Assembly (NCBI GenBank): GCA_964019335.1
Contig: OZ025712.1
Location: 372,001-436,000 of the forward strand
Source of the DNA: Diplonema japonicum
Taxonomy: Eukaryota > Protista > Euglenozoa: Diplonemea
DNA: 64,000 nucleotides
Direction: 5' to 3'
In this document: positions 10,216 through 21,020 of the stretch, piece by piece
How positions within the stretch are numbered: position 1 is the first letter of the stretch
Layout: the number at the start of each line of letters is the position of its first letter
The notes under the pieces: model-generated
Told to the model about the DNA's origin: nothing
The model's input: the letters and a program-made list of their open reading frames with translations, nothing else
The model's database searches: none
Translations under genes and position numbers: made by a program

Positions 10216-12255
10216 CTATTCCCACTCCGTGGTGCCAGGGGGCTTGGAGGTGAGATCATAGACAACACGGGACACACCAGGAACCTGAAGTGGTGTGTGT
10301 GGTGTGGTGTTGTGTGTGGAACATACCTTCGAGACTTCCTCGACCATCTTCTCCAGGACATCGAGGGGCATGGAGGGAGTGCCTGGCACCGCGGGCACAC
10401 CTGTCATGAAGTCATTAGTGATGAAAGTCCTGATAGCGATGGAACGACGATCTTCAGTACGCTGCTTCTTGGCTTCTGTCGAATGAGCCACGTCGAAGTC
10501 GATGGGGAAGGACACCACAGGCACCTGGCTGAGGATGGTGGTCAGGTCATGCTTGATCAGCAGCGTGTTCACTGCATGGTCGGCAGCCCTCAGCTGCTTC
10601 AACGCGTCCTCACGAGGCAGCGTCTGGGTGATGCTTTTGATAGGCCCCACCACGGCCTTACCAAAGGTAAAGCACACTCTATTGATGGAGTGGCACACTT
10701 TCGGGATGAGCCTTGCAAAAACAAAGAGGCGTTCCCAGTCCGGTTTCTCGTTCGATGACAGCGAGCACAGGTACGAGTACGTCCTCCCATCGCCCTGCAC
10801 GCCCACTGTCTTGAACGGTAGGATCGTTGCTGCCAGTTTCGAGTTCTTCAACGGTGTGAGGTCATCGCCGAAGGCATCCTTCACCTGCTGCACGACCTCT
10901 GGGGACGCGGTCTCGATAGACACGAGCTCCCCCAGAAGCTTGTTAACAGAGTTGAAATTCTCGCAGATGAACGGCTCCTCCGCGCAGATCAACCTCACAC
11001 CCAGACCAGGGCCAGGGAACGGCTGTCGCATCACCAGTTCCTTAGGCAGGCCAAGAGACATTCCCAGCTCCCTTACCTCATCCTTGTGGTAGTCCTTCAA
11101 GGGCTCGATCACCTTACCCTGCTTACGCAGCTCTCTCACAAGCTCTGTGTCGTTGTGGTGCGTCTTGATGGCATCGGCCTTCGACGAAGCAAGGCTGGAC
11201 GCAGACTCGATCAAGTCGGGCCTCAAGGTCCCCTGCGCAAGGAAAGTGTCAGCCGGGTTGAGGTTCAGTGATTTAGTAATCTTCTCAGCAACTTTCATGA
11301 ACGTGTCCCCGATGATGCGCCTCTTCTCCTCCGGCGCCACGGTGTCCCTAAGGGGCTTGGTGGTGTAGCGCTTCTTGGTGCCCTTCTCTGTGCACTCAGT
11401 GGTGCCTGAGAGGAAGTCCTCAGTGCAGTCGAACACCTTCAAAGTAACACCCAACCCGCTCAGTGCTACAGCCACCTTCGAGGACTCCTCGTGCCTCATG
11501 AAGCCATTGTCGATGTGCGCAGCCACCACCCTCTCAGGACCGATGGCCTTGGACAGGAGGGCCGTGCACACAGTGCTGTCGACCCCGCCAGATACGAGGC
11601 ACAGGACGTTCTTCTTGTCTCCGACCTGCTTCCTGATCTCATCGATGCAGCTCTGCTCTCTTGACTTGGCCGTGAAGACCCCCTTGAACCCGCACACCTT
11701 GTACAGGAAGTTCGAGAGGATGGTCTTCCCGTTCACGGTGAGGTCCACTTCAGGGTGGAACTGCACTCCGTACAGCTTCTGCCCGGCGTTCTCGATGGCA
11801 GCGACGATGGCACCAGACGTGGCGATCGTGCGGAAGCCGGGGGCTACCTTCCCCGCACTGTCGCCGTGAGTGAGCAGGACAGGCTGTGCGGAGTCCAGCC
11901 CGTCGAAGAGGAGGGAGTCGGTTTCGACTTTGATAGTCTCCTGCCCGTCCTCACGTTGGGCCTTCTTCTCAATGGTGCCCTTGTGGTGGAAGTTCAGGAG
12001 CTGCATGCCGTAGCAGATGCCGAGGATGGGCAGGCCGCTCTCGAACAGCTTGGCGTCGTAGGCAGGCGCGTCATCGGCAGTCACGCTACCCGGCCCACCG
12101 CTGATGATGATACCGGTGTACCCGTCCTTTTTAAGCTGCGCGACAGAAGTGCTCATGGGCACAATCTCGGAGAACACCTTGAGCTCCCTCACCCTCCTGT
12201 CAATAACCTTGCCGTACTGCGCACCGGCATCTAGGATAGCGATCTTCTCCGCCAT
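10216..12255 (-). CDS. GMPS: GMP synthase (glutamine-hydrolysing)
   Basis: ILDAGAQY, GICYGMQ, VQFHPEV, SGGVDS, IKTHHN, QPFPGPGL, VGVQGDGRTY, SKPPGTTEWE. In-frame 42-nt intron 10285-10326. Confidence 0.97.
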   Translation of the reverse strand: MAEKIAILDAGAQYGKVIDRRVRELKVFSEIVPMSTSVAQLKKDGYTGIIISGGPGSVTADDAPAYDAKLFESGLPILGICYGMQLLNFHHKGTIEKKAQREDGQETIKVETDSLLFDGLDSAQPVLLTHGDSAGKVAPGFRTIATSGAIVAAIENAGQKLYGVQFHPEVDLTVNGKTILSNFLYKVCGFKGVFTAKSREQSCIDEIRKQVGDKKNVLCLVSGGVDSTVCTALLSKAIGPERVVAAHIDNGFMRHEESSKVAVALSGLGVTLKVFDCTEDFLSGTTECTEKGTKKRYTTKPLRDTVAPEEKRRIIGDTFMKVAEKITKSLNLNPADTFLAQGTLRPDLIESASSLASSKADAIKTHHNDTELVRELRKQGKVIEPLKDYHKDEVRELGMSLGLPKELVMRQPFPGPGLGVRLICAEEPFICENFNSVNKLLGELVSIETASPEVVQQVKDAFGDDLTPLKNSKLAATILPFKTVGVQGDGRTYSYLCSLSSNEKPDWERLFVFARLIPKVCHSINRVCFTFGKAVVGPIKSITQTLPREDALKQLRAADHAVNTLLIKHDLTTILSQVPVVSFPIDFDVAHSTEAKKQRTEDRRSIAIRTFITNDFMTGVPAVPGTPSMPLDVLEKMVEEVSKVCSTHNTTPHTPLQVPGVSRVVYDLTSKPPGTTEWE

Positions 12256-12356
12256 TGTTTTGGTGTTTGCCCTGTCTAAAGGATGGTAAGGGAATTTATG
12301 TATTTAAAAAAAAAGTTTTTTCCCCCCCTTCATATTTACTTATTAACCCTTGGTAA

Positions 12357-12977
12357 CTATTGAGCTTTGCGCTGCTGAGCTTCGATTTCCTGTCGCTTGC
12401 GGTGGATGATGCTTCGCAACCACAGGTTGACACTGAGAAGGCCGCCAAACCCTAAGAACAGGAACGGGCCGTACATGAACAGCAATGAAAGAACCTCTTG
12501 CTTCATGTGTGACAGGATGGGGTCGTTCGTCTCGGATGTAAATTTGTCAGACATGTCCTTGATCTGATCCCGCATGTCCTGTTTGGCTTTGCACTGTCTT
12601 GTGCACACTTGGTTCTTGAAATCCTCGACGACCTTGTCGGCCATGATGTACTCGGTCAGATCGTCTTCAAGGTAGTCTATGGCTTCTTGGCAAAACCCGA
12701 CGCCAGCCTCTGGCTTGTCGCAGGCCTTCTCGAGGATTTCTATTGCCCGTGCCTCTTTCATGGCGTTCATTTTCTTTTTTTGTTTTACTTGAATTGTCTC
12801 GCCCATCGGGACCACTGCCATCTGCTTCTCGATCTCCTCTACCAGATCCTCGCATGCCTTGCACTTTGCAAAGTCTTTGTATTTCTCTGCTTCCTCCAGC
12901 TGTTCGTCAGTGGGCATCCCACCGTTGGCCGCAGTAGTGACGACGATGAGCGTTGCTAAGAGTAGAATCGATTGCAT
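12357..12977 (-). CDS. Saposin-like (canopy/CNPY-type) membrane-anchored protein
   Basis: Signal peptide MQSILLLATLIVVTTAA; six-Cys saposin pattern (KCKACEDLVEEI...EILEKAC...FC...VC..QC); C-terminal TM segment. Confidence 0.7.
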   Translation of the reverse strand: MQSILLLATLIVVTTAANGGMPTDEQLEEAEKYKDFAKCKACEDLVEEIEKQMAVVPMGETIQVKQKKKMNAMKEARAIEILEKACDKPEAGVGFCQEAIDYLEDDLTEYIMADKVVEDFKNQVCTRQCKAKQDMRDQIKDMSDKFTSETNDPILSHMKQEVLSLLFMYGPFLFLGFGGLLSVNLWLRSIIHRKRQEIEAQQRKAQ

Positions 12978-13111
12978 TTCGTTTCTTTTTTTTTTTTTTT
13001 GTTGCTCCTCACTCCCCCCCTCCGGTGTACCTCTTATGTATGTGGGGGGGGGAAAAAAAAAGCACGTTTGGACAACAACGGGAAAAGGGTACACTAATGT
13101 AAAACAAAAAC

Positions 13112-13140
<29 letters not shown>

Positions 13141-13142
<2 letters not shown>

Positions 13143-13618
13143 AACTCGCAGTCCCATGCCCGGTGTCGAAGGAGGAGACGTCTCTGAGGCTGTACGGCCC
13201 GACCTTGTTCCCAGCCATCGGTTGTGTAGAGCGGTAATGTTGCTTGATGGTGACCACCTTTCTCCTCCTCCCCTTCTTGGTTTTGCTGTTCTTGAGGCTG
13301 GTGGGCCCTTCCGCCTCCAAAGGGGACCCGTCCCCCGCAGTATACCGGTTGGGTTCCTTTTCAGTGTTCACCGTTTCCTCAGAGTAGTACGGAGCCGCCT
13401 CACCGTAGACTTCATATTTTTGTTCAACTGTGCTGCTGCTGTCTAGCACAACGTCGTCAATAGGCAGATCTGTGTTTTTTTTTTTTTTTTTTTTTTCTTT
13501 TTTTTTTCCCCTCTCTTTAGTCCCCACATACATAAAGGCACTTCCGGATCAAACTTTCGGATCATGTCTGTCCCTGGCCGCACTGGGAGCTGGTTTCTTT
13601 CGGCCATTTCTTCAACCT

Positions 13619-13652
<34 letters not shown>

Positions 13653-13903
13653 CTCCTTTTTTTCTTCCATACAGTAGCACACGCATCAATTATGGACTCC
13701 ATGTAAACTCGTAAATTTTTTTCCACGTGAACCTGAACAGCCGTTCTCGGCGCTTGTGTGCCGTCTACAAATTCCCAGTCCGATCCCATATTCTCTGGCC
13801 GAAAGTCCTGACCGACACCGTATCCCCACATCATCGCCTCTCTGGTTGTCATTGATATCCTGCTCCCCACGGAACGGAGCACCGGCGTTCGATATAACGC
13901 CAT
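13141..13903 (-). CDS. Hypothetical protein, 3 exons, possible mitochondrial presequence
   Basis: Introns 13617-13672 and 13470-13531 (GTATG..polyA..CAG) join three ORF-track fragments in frame. Confidence 0.7.
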
Positions 13904-14066
13904 TTTTTTTTTTTTTTTTTTCTCTGGATGGAGTGGCGACTGAAGAGAAAAAAGAAAACTTTTTCTTTACCGAGGTTTGGGCTTGGGTGGGGGTGGGGTT
14001 TTTTTTGTGATTTTTTTTTTTCCAATTGGTTAAAGAAGCTCAGCCGGCGTGACCCGCACTACGATC

Positions 14067-14171
14067 CTATTTGGACCTCTGCCTCATCTTCCGCCTTCTC
14101 CTTTTCAACCTTTTCAACCTCTTCTTCTTCCACTTGGGGCGCATGCCCCTAGGCCTGGGAACGGAACCCAT
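14067..14171 (-). CDS. RPL41: Ribosomal protein eL41 (eS32), copy 1, 34 aa
   Basis: MGSVPRPRGMRPKWKKKRLKRLKRRRRKMRQRSK*; below the ORF-track cutoff. Confidence 0.93.
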   Translation of the reverse strand: MGSVPRPRGMRPKWKKKRLKRLKRRRRKMRQRSK

Positions 14172-14350
14172 ATTACTTGACTGTGAGGAGATTTTGTATT
14201 TTTTTTTTTGCTTGTTGACAATTGAACGCAGAATAAAGAAGGAAGAAAAGAGGAAAAAAAGGTCATCCCCCCTTTTTCTTATTTCCCGGTCAACACTTTC
14301 GCCAACTTATTTGATGATTTTTTTTTTTTAAAGATTTTTTTTTACTGCTC

Positions 14351-14455
14351 CTATTTGGACCTCTGCCTCATCTTCCGCCTTCTCCTTTTCAACCTTTTCA
14401 ACCTCTTCTTCTTCCACTTGGGGCGCATGCCCCTAGGCCTGGGAACGGAACCCAT
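14351..14455 (-). CDS. RPL41: Ribosomal protein eL41 (eS32), copy 2
   Basis: Identical 105-nt CDS with unrelated flanks. Confidence 0.93.
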   Translation of the reverse strand: MGSVPRPRGMRPKWKKKRLKRLKRRRRKMRQRSK

Positions 14456-14794
14456 TTTTTCCTTCTTTCTCTTTTGGTTCTTTTACTAAACCTGGTGGGT
14501 GGTGTTTTAGTGTTTTTTTTTTTTTCTTTTTTTTTTCCCTCACTCTTTCTGAAACTTCTGAAAGAGGAGGAGGACGGAAGCTGTCCTGGAGCAGGCCAGG
14601 GAGGCAGAAGCGAACAGGGAAGATGCAGGGAAGCAGACCTACTTTTTGTTACCTACTACCGCCAAAGGAATGACCCTTCCGTTGCCCTCCTCGGAAGAAG
14701 AAAAAATCATTTCTCTTTGGACGCCATTGATCATATCATAGTCGGGGTCAGCAAAGAAATAAAAAGAAAAACACTTGATATATAAAAAGAAAAT

Positions 14795-14826
<32 letters not shown>

Positions 14827-14830
<4 letters not shown>

Positions 14831-15525
14831 TCTTCCATTTTATTTTCAAACGCTTCTAGGCTCTCCGTGTAGATCCCGACAGTTTCGTCGCAGAGGCCAG
14901 CGAGACCATGGATGGCCGCTCGAAGGAGATCAGGTGGGTACTCCTTGGAGGTTATCTCCATGACCATATCATCCTCAAGTGGATGAGGAATAGTATACCC
15001 GCACTGAAGAACGGCTGGGTTTTGGACAAGCGTGTGCCGCAGCGCATTACCAAGGGTGTGGCCCTCGGATTTCCAAGTTATAGTTGAAGCTAGGTGGCCG
15101 TGGGAGTTTTCGCAAACAGAAACTCGGACTTTTTGATTCGGGTTTGCACCATAAACACCCCAATCTTCGTGGTCATCATCCTCACGTTTCCCGGTGTTGT
15201 TTCTGTAGCCTTCAGCCGCTTCAACAACAGATGCTCGGGTCATTAATAGGTATGACCCGCTGGATATTTCGTCTCCGTCCATTTGTTCCACTTTTCCGTT
15301 ACCTAGCAACACCATGTCGATGCGCCGCCATCCCACCCATTCTCCACCTATTTTCGCTTTTGCAACCTCCACCCTGGTTTTTTCCGGAAGCTCAAGTTCC
15401 ATTTCTCTGTTGTGTATAGTGTCCTTCACCTTAATCTTCATCGTCGGGCCCGTTGGGGTTTGTTTACTACTCGATTCAGCGGACGGTGATCGTTTCCGCC
15501 TTTTTTCTGATTTTTTAGACGACAT
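14827..15525 (-). CDS. RNA polymerase RPB11/AC19 (RpoL)-family subunit, probably Pol I/III AC19, with N-terminal extension
   Basis: EGHTLGNALRHTL..NPAV..CGYTIPHPLE motif in the C-terminal half. Confidence 0.85.
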
Positions 15526-15621
15526 TTTTTTTTTTTTCTTTTTTTTTTTTTTTTGTACCCACCTTTGGTTGTTTTTAAAAAAAAAATTAATTGAAAATTA
15601 ATCAAAAAAAAAAAAAAAAAA

Positions 15622-15975
15622 TCAATCTGTCCTGGCTATGCTGTCGTCTGAGTTAAACGAAATTGACACAAGCCCCACAAATGTCGCTGCGGATGCGAAC
15701 ATGTATTTATAACGGTGCCGTAGCTGGCGGTTGTATGTTTGCTCCCAAGCCGCTCTGTGGTTGCGATCCTCATTTCTCGTAAAAAAAAAAAATGCATACT
15801 GCCCCGCTGTTCGGCCCATGACCGCTGGGTTACTCAGCATACTCATCACTGGCAAAATACATATCATCAACAGCCCAACGTGGCGCGGCGCAATGCCCCC
15901 TGACCACCATTGGGTGTGTTTCATATATGATGACACTCGTACTTCTTTATTCTTCTCTTCCTTTTCTTCACCCAT
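15622..15975 (-). CDS. Small hypothetical membrane protein
   Basis: 117-aa ORF on the cluster strand with two hydrophobic segments. Confidence 0.55.
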   Translation of the reverse strand: MGEEKEEKNKEVRVSSYMKHTQWWSGGIAPRHVGLLMICILPVMSMLSNPAVMGRTAGQYAFFFFTRNEDRNHRAAWEQTYNRQLRHRYKYMFASAATFVGLVSISFNSDDSIARTD

Positions 15976-16290
15976 TTTTTATTACCCCGCTGCTCTCTCC
16001 CTCCCCCCTCCCTCTCTTCTCCGCCCTCCTTTTTTTTTTTTTTTTTTTTTTTTTGCAAGACTCAACATGGAGCAAGGAGAAAATTTCAGGCAGACTACAC
16101 GGCTCTCCACGCGCAGATGGTCACGTCGGAGGCGAATAATGTCTCGATTACCGCTAATCTCAAGCAGTCGGAAGCGAATTGTGCTCATTATGAGGCCCAA
16201 GATAATGTACGCGTATCCATGAACATCGACATATATACGACACGGGATACTTATCGCGACCAAAGACACGAATGTGCAATTGTAAGAAAA

Positions 16291-17277
16291 TCTCGACTCC
16301 ACCTTAACACTTAACACCTGTAAAACTATAGGGCGGAGGCACTTGTTGGGAAAAAGAAAACTCACAAAAAAGTGAGCCTTACTTTTCCAGCAAAAAATGC
16401 ATGAACCCTCCCCAGTAATGATAAGGCAGGTTAAGCTGACTCGGGTGTCTTTGATATAATGAAAAAAAAAAAAAAAAAAAAAAACGTGTTGACAGCTAGC
16501 TGGATTTTCTTTCTTTTTGTTTTTCTTCGTTGTTGGAAGGTGTAGGGCAGATACCTGATATCAACGAAGATTCACTTTTATGTGCCATTTGGAAGGGGTC
16601 AAAGTTGGTATCCTAGGCTCTCGACTCCACCTTAACACTTAACACCTGTAAAACTATAGGGTGGAGGCACTTCCTGGAAAAAAGAAAACTCCACAAAAAA
16701 GTGAGCCTTACTTTTCCAGCAAAATGCACGAACTCTCCCCAGTAATGATAAGGCAGGTTAAGCTGACTCGGGTGTCTTTGACAAAAATTTAATTTTTTTT
16801 TTTTCCGTTGACAACTGGCCGGATTTTTTTTTTCTTATTGGAAGGCGTAGATCTACTACAAGAGACTGGCCGCAGGTGGGGCACTTGGAGATGTATCCCA
16901 GTTCTCGACTCCACCTTAACACTTAACACCTGTAAAACTATAGGGTGGAGGCACTTCCTAGAAAAAAGAAAACTCGCAAAAAGTGAGCCTTACCTTTCCA
17001 GCAAAAATGCATGAACCCTCCCCAGTAATGATAAGGCAAGTTAAGCTGACTCGGGTGTCTTTTTTGGCAAAAATTCTATTTCTAAAAAAAAAAAAATAAA
17101 AAAGAAAAAATTGGAAATCTCGACTCCACCTTAACACTTAACACCTGTAAAACTATAGGGTGGAGGCACTTGTTGGGAAAAGAAAACTCGCAAAAAAGAG
17201 AGCCTTACTTTCGACAAAATGCAGGAACCCTCCCCAGTAATGATAAGGCAGGTTAAGCTGACTCGGGTGTCTTTTTC

Positions 17278-17321
<44 letters not shown>

Positions 17322-17520
17322 GACAAAAAAACTGCAATTTAGAGAAACAAAAGGAAATCTCGACTCCACCTTAACACTTAACACCTGTAAAACTATAGGG
17401 TGGAGGCACTTCCTGGAAAAAAGAAAACTCACAAAAAAGTGAGCCTTACTTTTCCAGCAAAAAATGCATGAACCCTCCCCAGTAATGATAAGGCAGGTTA
17501 AGCTGACTCGGGTGTCTTTG
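16291..17520. repeat. Array of five ~160-nt conserved structured units (putative ncRNA genes) with variable spacers
   Basis: Copies at 16291-16452, 16619-16780, 16903-17062, 17118-17274 and 17358-17520, from TCTCGACTCCACC to CTCGGGTGTCTTT. Confidence 0.85.
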
Positions 17521-18639
17521 TTGGCAAAAATTCTATTTTTTAGGTAAAAAAAAAAAGAACCCCTCCCCACCCCCAGATCAAAGTTATTCAGGATTAAAAA
17601 ATATATATAAAACAAAAAGGAATAACAACAGAGTGGGGGGGGGGGGGGGGGGAGGAGGGCGTGGACGAATAAGGGTTGAGAAGAACAAAAAAAAGAAGGG
17701 GGTGGGCGGAATTTTTTTTTTCGTGCATTCGCGGTTCTTTTTCTTCTTCCTTCACCATTTCACTGCTCCCCCCCCCCCCCCCCAGCTACTTTTTTCTTGC
17801 ACACCCAAGCAATGCGATGTTGTCAATACAAGAGAGAAGAGGAGGGGGGGGGGGAAGAAAATAAAAAGCATGGCATTATTTTATTTTTTTTTGCACCCAA
17901 GGCCTTCCCTTTATCTATCTATGCAATTCTATTCTAACGAATTTTAAAAATCATCATTGGAGGGAATTCCTTTTTTTCTGTTTTTCCCTTCTCCTTATAC
18001 CTCTAACACATCAAACCATTCTTTACCGTCCCTCTTATTCCTTTTCACTTGAACTATGAAGTGTGGAAACAAAGAAGGTAAGGGAGGAAGGGGGGGGGGG
18101 GGGGGGGGGGGGGGACTAAACACATATCTATGGGGGAGAGAGAGAAAAAAATATGAGAAGAAAAGAAGGGATAGGAAGGTCAGCCCTCCCGTTGTTTTTT
18201 TTGTTTTTTTTTTCTTTTTCTTTTCTCCAAACTACCATGCACTTCATGCGCAAAAGATGCCCACCACAAAAGAGTGCCAAGTAAGGCTTTCTCAAGTTTA
18301 CGCGGTGACCCACCCCAGGAAATAAAAAAATGGACGAGAAGTACCTTATGGGCAATTGATTGGGGAAGGGTAAAGAAATACTTGCAGGGAGGGGTGAGAA
18401 AAACAAAAACAAAAAACAAAAAATATATATAATCACCACACAGATTTTTTCTTTTTTTTTTTTTTTTGATTCTTTTCTTTTTTATTCCTCTCTTCTTTTT
18501 TTTTTTTTTAAACGTCCTGATACAAAAAAAAAGGGGGAGGGCAAAAGAAAAAAAAAAAAACTCATATTTCCCTATGCTCGGGCACGGGCTGATTCCTATT
18601 TTTTGTTTTGTTTTTTATTAAATTTCTATTCTCTTGGTT

Positions 18640-21020
18640 TTATACCTTAATAGCTTCCAAGTGGGCTGGGAAGAACTGGGTACGTAAACGTCTCCTCTCA
18701 ATGAGTTCTTCCCTTCTAAGGTCAGCGTAGTCGGCCCTTTGCCTGAGGTCAAGGATGACAGTGTCTTTGTAAGGCCTGCCATGGTGGGACACAGATGGGG
18801 GGGGCAAGCTCTGCAACAGCGTCTCTTCTTGTTGCCCAAGGTGCACATCGTGGTGCCCCGCCAACACCAGCGAAGGAGACGGCACTGTGTCAGAAGAGCA
18901 AGAGCTTTCACTGTCAGTGTCATCGTCCCCTTGCAACTTCATGCCCAACCTCTTTCGTCCCTCAGCAGAGAAGGGAATGGCGTCTGCCTCAGTCACGGCA
19001 AGCCAGGGGTGGTCAATCGCTTTGATCGCTGGCGTGCGATGGTTTGGGTTCAGCTCCAACATCGGCAGCAGGAACGAAACAAGACCTTCCGCCTGTTTTT
19101 TTTTTTTTTTTTTTTTTTTTTTTTCTTTCTCTTTTTAATAAGTACCTGCTCGGGTGTGGCCTTGTGCTTCGACACGATGGACTCCTTCAGGTCGACCACC
19201 TCCACCTCACCGTACTTGAACATCCCTGTTTCCTCATCGAAGTACTCTGTGCAGTGCCACCCTGATCCCTTCGACAAGCTCTCCGGGAACATCCCAAGCG
19301 TCTCCATAAACAGTGCAACATGAACGCCATCCTGCGGGCAAGAGCTCTCAATAGCCTTCGGGTTGAAAAGGAAGCACCCTGTCAACAGCTCGTAGCACGT
19401 GCAGGCCACCGACCACACATCGATCGCCACGTCGGCGGAATACCCCAGGACGACCTCAGGGGCACGGTACTCCAAGGTTTGCATTTTGTGGACAGACTTG
19501 TCGTTCTCGACCCACTTTGAACTACCAAAGTCCGACACCTTGCAGGAGTACGTCCTGTCCATGAACTCTGCCAGGCTCATGTCTTCAGGTTTTTCTAAAG
19601 TCCCGCTGAGCAGCTTCTCCACATAGGCTGGATCGCAGTCCCCGTTCATGTCCATTGTTTGAATCAAGACGTTCTCAGGTTTGATATCAGCGTGCGCCAG
19701 CCCTATGGAGTGCAGGAAGGCCAGTCCTTGAAGCATGTGTTTCACAAGAGTCTTTGTGATGCATGGGGCGACACCTGCGAAGTCGTGCGCTGTGATAAGT
19801 TTCAAGATGTCGGGACCCACGACCTCGATGGCCATTGTGGGGTGCAGGCCGTGCGGGCCTGTGATGTCGAAGTACTCCTCAAGCTTCACCAGCCTCTTAG
19901 CGCACCCCTTGAGGATCTCGCACTCGCACTCATCATAGAACTGGTTGGTCTTCTGCAGGACCTGCACTTCGAGTTCAGACATCTCGTGCAAGGACTCTGC
20001 ACCCTTTCCGATCTTCAGTGCGACGGATCGCTGGCCCAGCTTGTCCTTGGCAAGCCACACGGTGGAGAAGTTCCCCCAACCAAGCTTCCTTGTGACGACC
20101 CATCTATCGTTGTAGACGTCGCCCTCGCTGACTCTGTGGTAGCCCCCGAAACAGTAATCCGCTTCGTTCTCGTCATCCACGGCGTTGAAGGTGCTGTCCT
20201 CAGGCCGCTGCTTGGCCATCTCCTCGTAGTGCTTCGTCAGACGGTACTCGTTGATGTTGTAGAGCAGTGCCACGTCGTCTTTTGTGAGACCGACATCAGG
20301 GTCCGCACCGACCACCTCGCACACGTCGTTGTAGCTGTCAAGCCAGCCGATGGTGTCTATCCATGTGAGGCAGGCCTCTTCGTTCCACACTCCATGGTCC
20401 ATCACATCGTAGCCTTTGAAGATGATGTCAAGCATGGTTTCGAGCTTGTGGATCTCCGCTTCTGGGGGGATCCCGATGTCGGGATCAACTTCCCCGTTTA
20501 CAGTGACTTGTCTGTAGTGTTGTTGTAAGGAGTTCGAGGTGGTGTACCAACCTTGCAGGGCCTTGATGTCAAGGCCGAGGTTGGGGTCGGTGTGGGTGTT
20601 GCTGCAGGTTCGCTCCCAACCGCTGATGTCGAAGGCAGAGTCCTCCATGCACACACGCATCCATTGGTTCGCTTCTGTCATGTCCCAGTGGCCGTCGGCA
20701 TTCATATCGAACGTTTGGAAGATTGTTGTTATCATTCTGATGCTGTCCTCGCCTAGTTCTGTAGGGGACACTGGTGGGGGGATATCTTCTTCGCTTGACA
20801 TTTCGACATCCATGTCAATGTCCATGTCGTTGGCGCTCTCGTGCACGTCCTGCACGAACACTGCTACTGAAGCATTGACATACGATCTGGCAGCACATTC
20901 GATGATGTTGAGATGAGTCGGGAAGAACGCGTTTCTTATCTTCCTCCTTTCTTCCAGCTCCATGAGTTGCGCTTCAGCCCGCCCTGTCCTCTCCTCCAAA
21001 GTTACGCTCACCAAGAGCAT
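18640..21020 (-). CDS. SRPK-like protein kinase with N-terminal EF-hand-like repeats, 2 exons
   Basis: YCFGGYHRV, KLGWGNFSTVWLA, HADIKPEN, DFG, QTLEYRAPE. Intron 19093-19145 restores FLLPMLELNPNHR..HPWL. Confidence 0.9.

Noticed and set aside
16087-16192. Possible extra C/D snoRNA on the minus strand (ATAATGA...CTGA)
   Set aside because: Degenerate C box, single copy, no further support.
16291-17520. CRISPR-like or twister interpretation of the five-copy array
   Set aside because: Repeats are far too long, spacers are unequal and partly homologous, there are no cas genes, and the twister L4 motif is absent.
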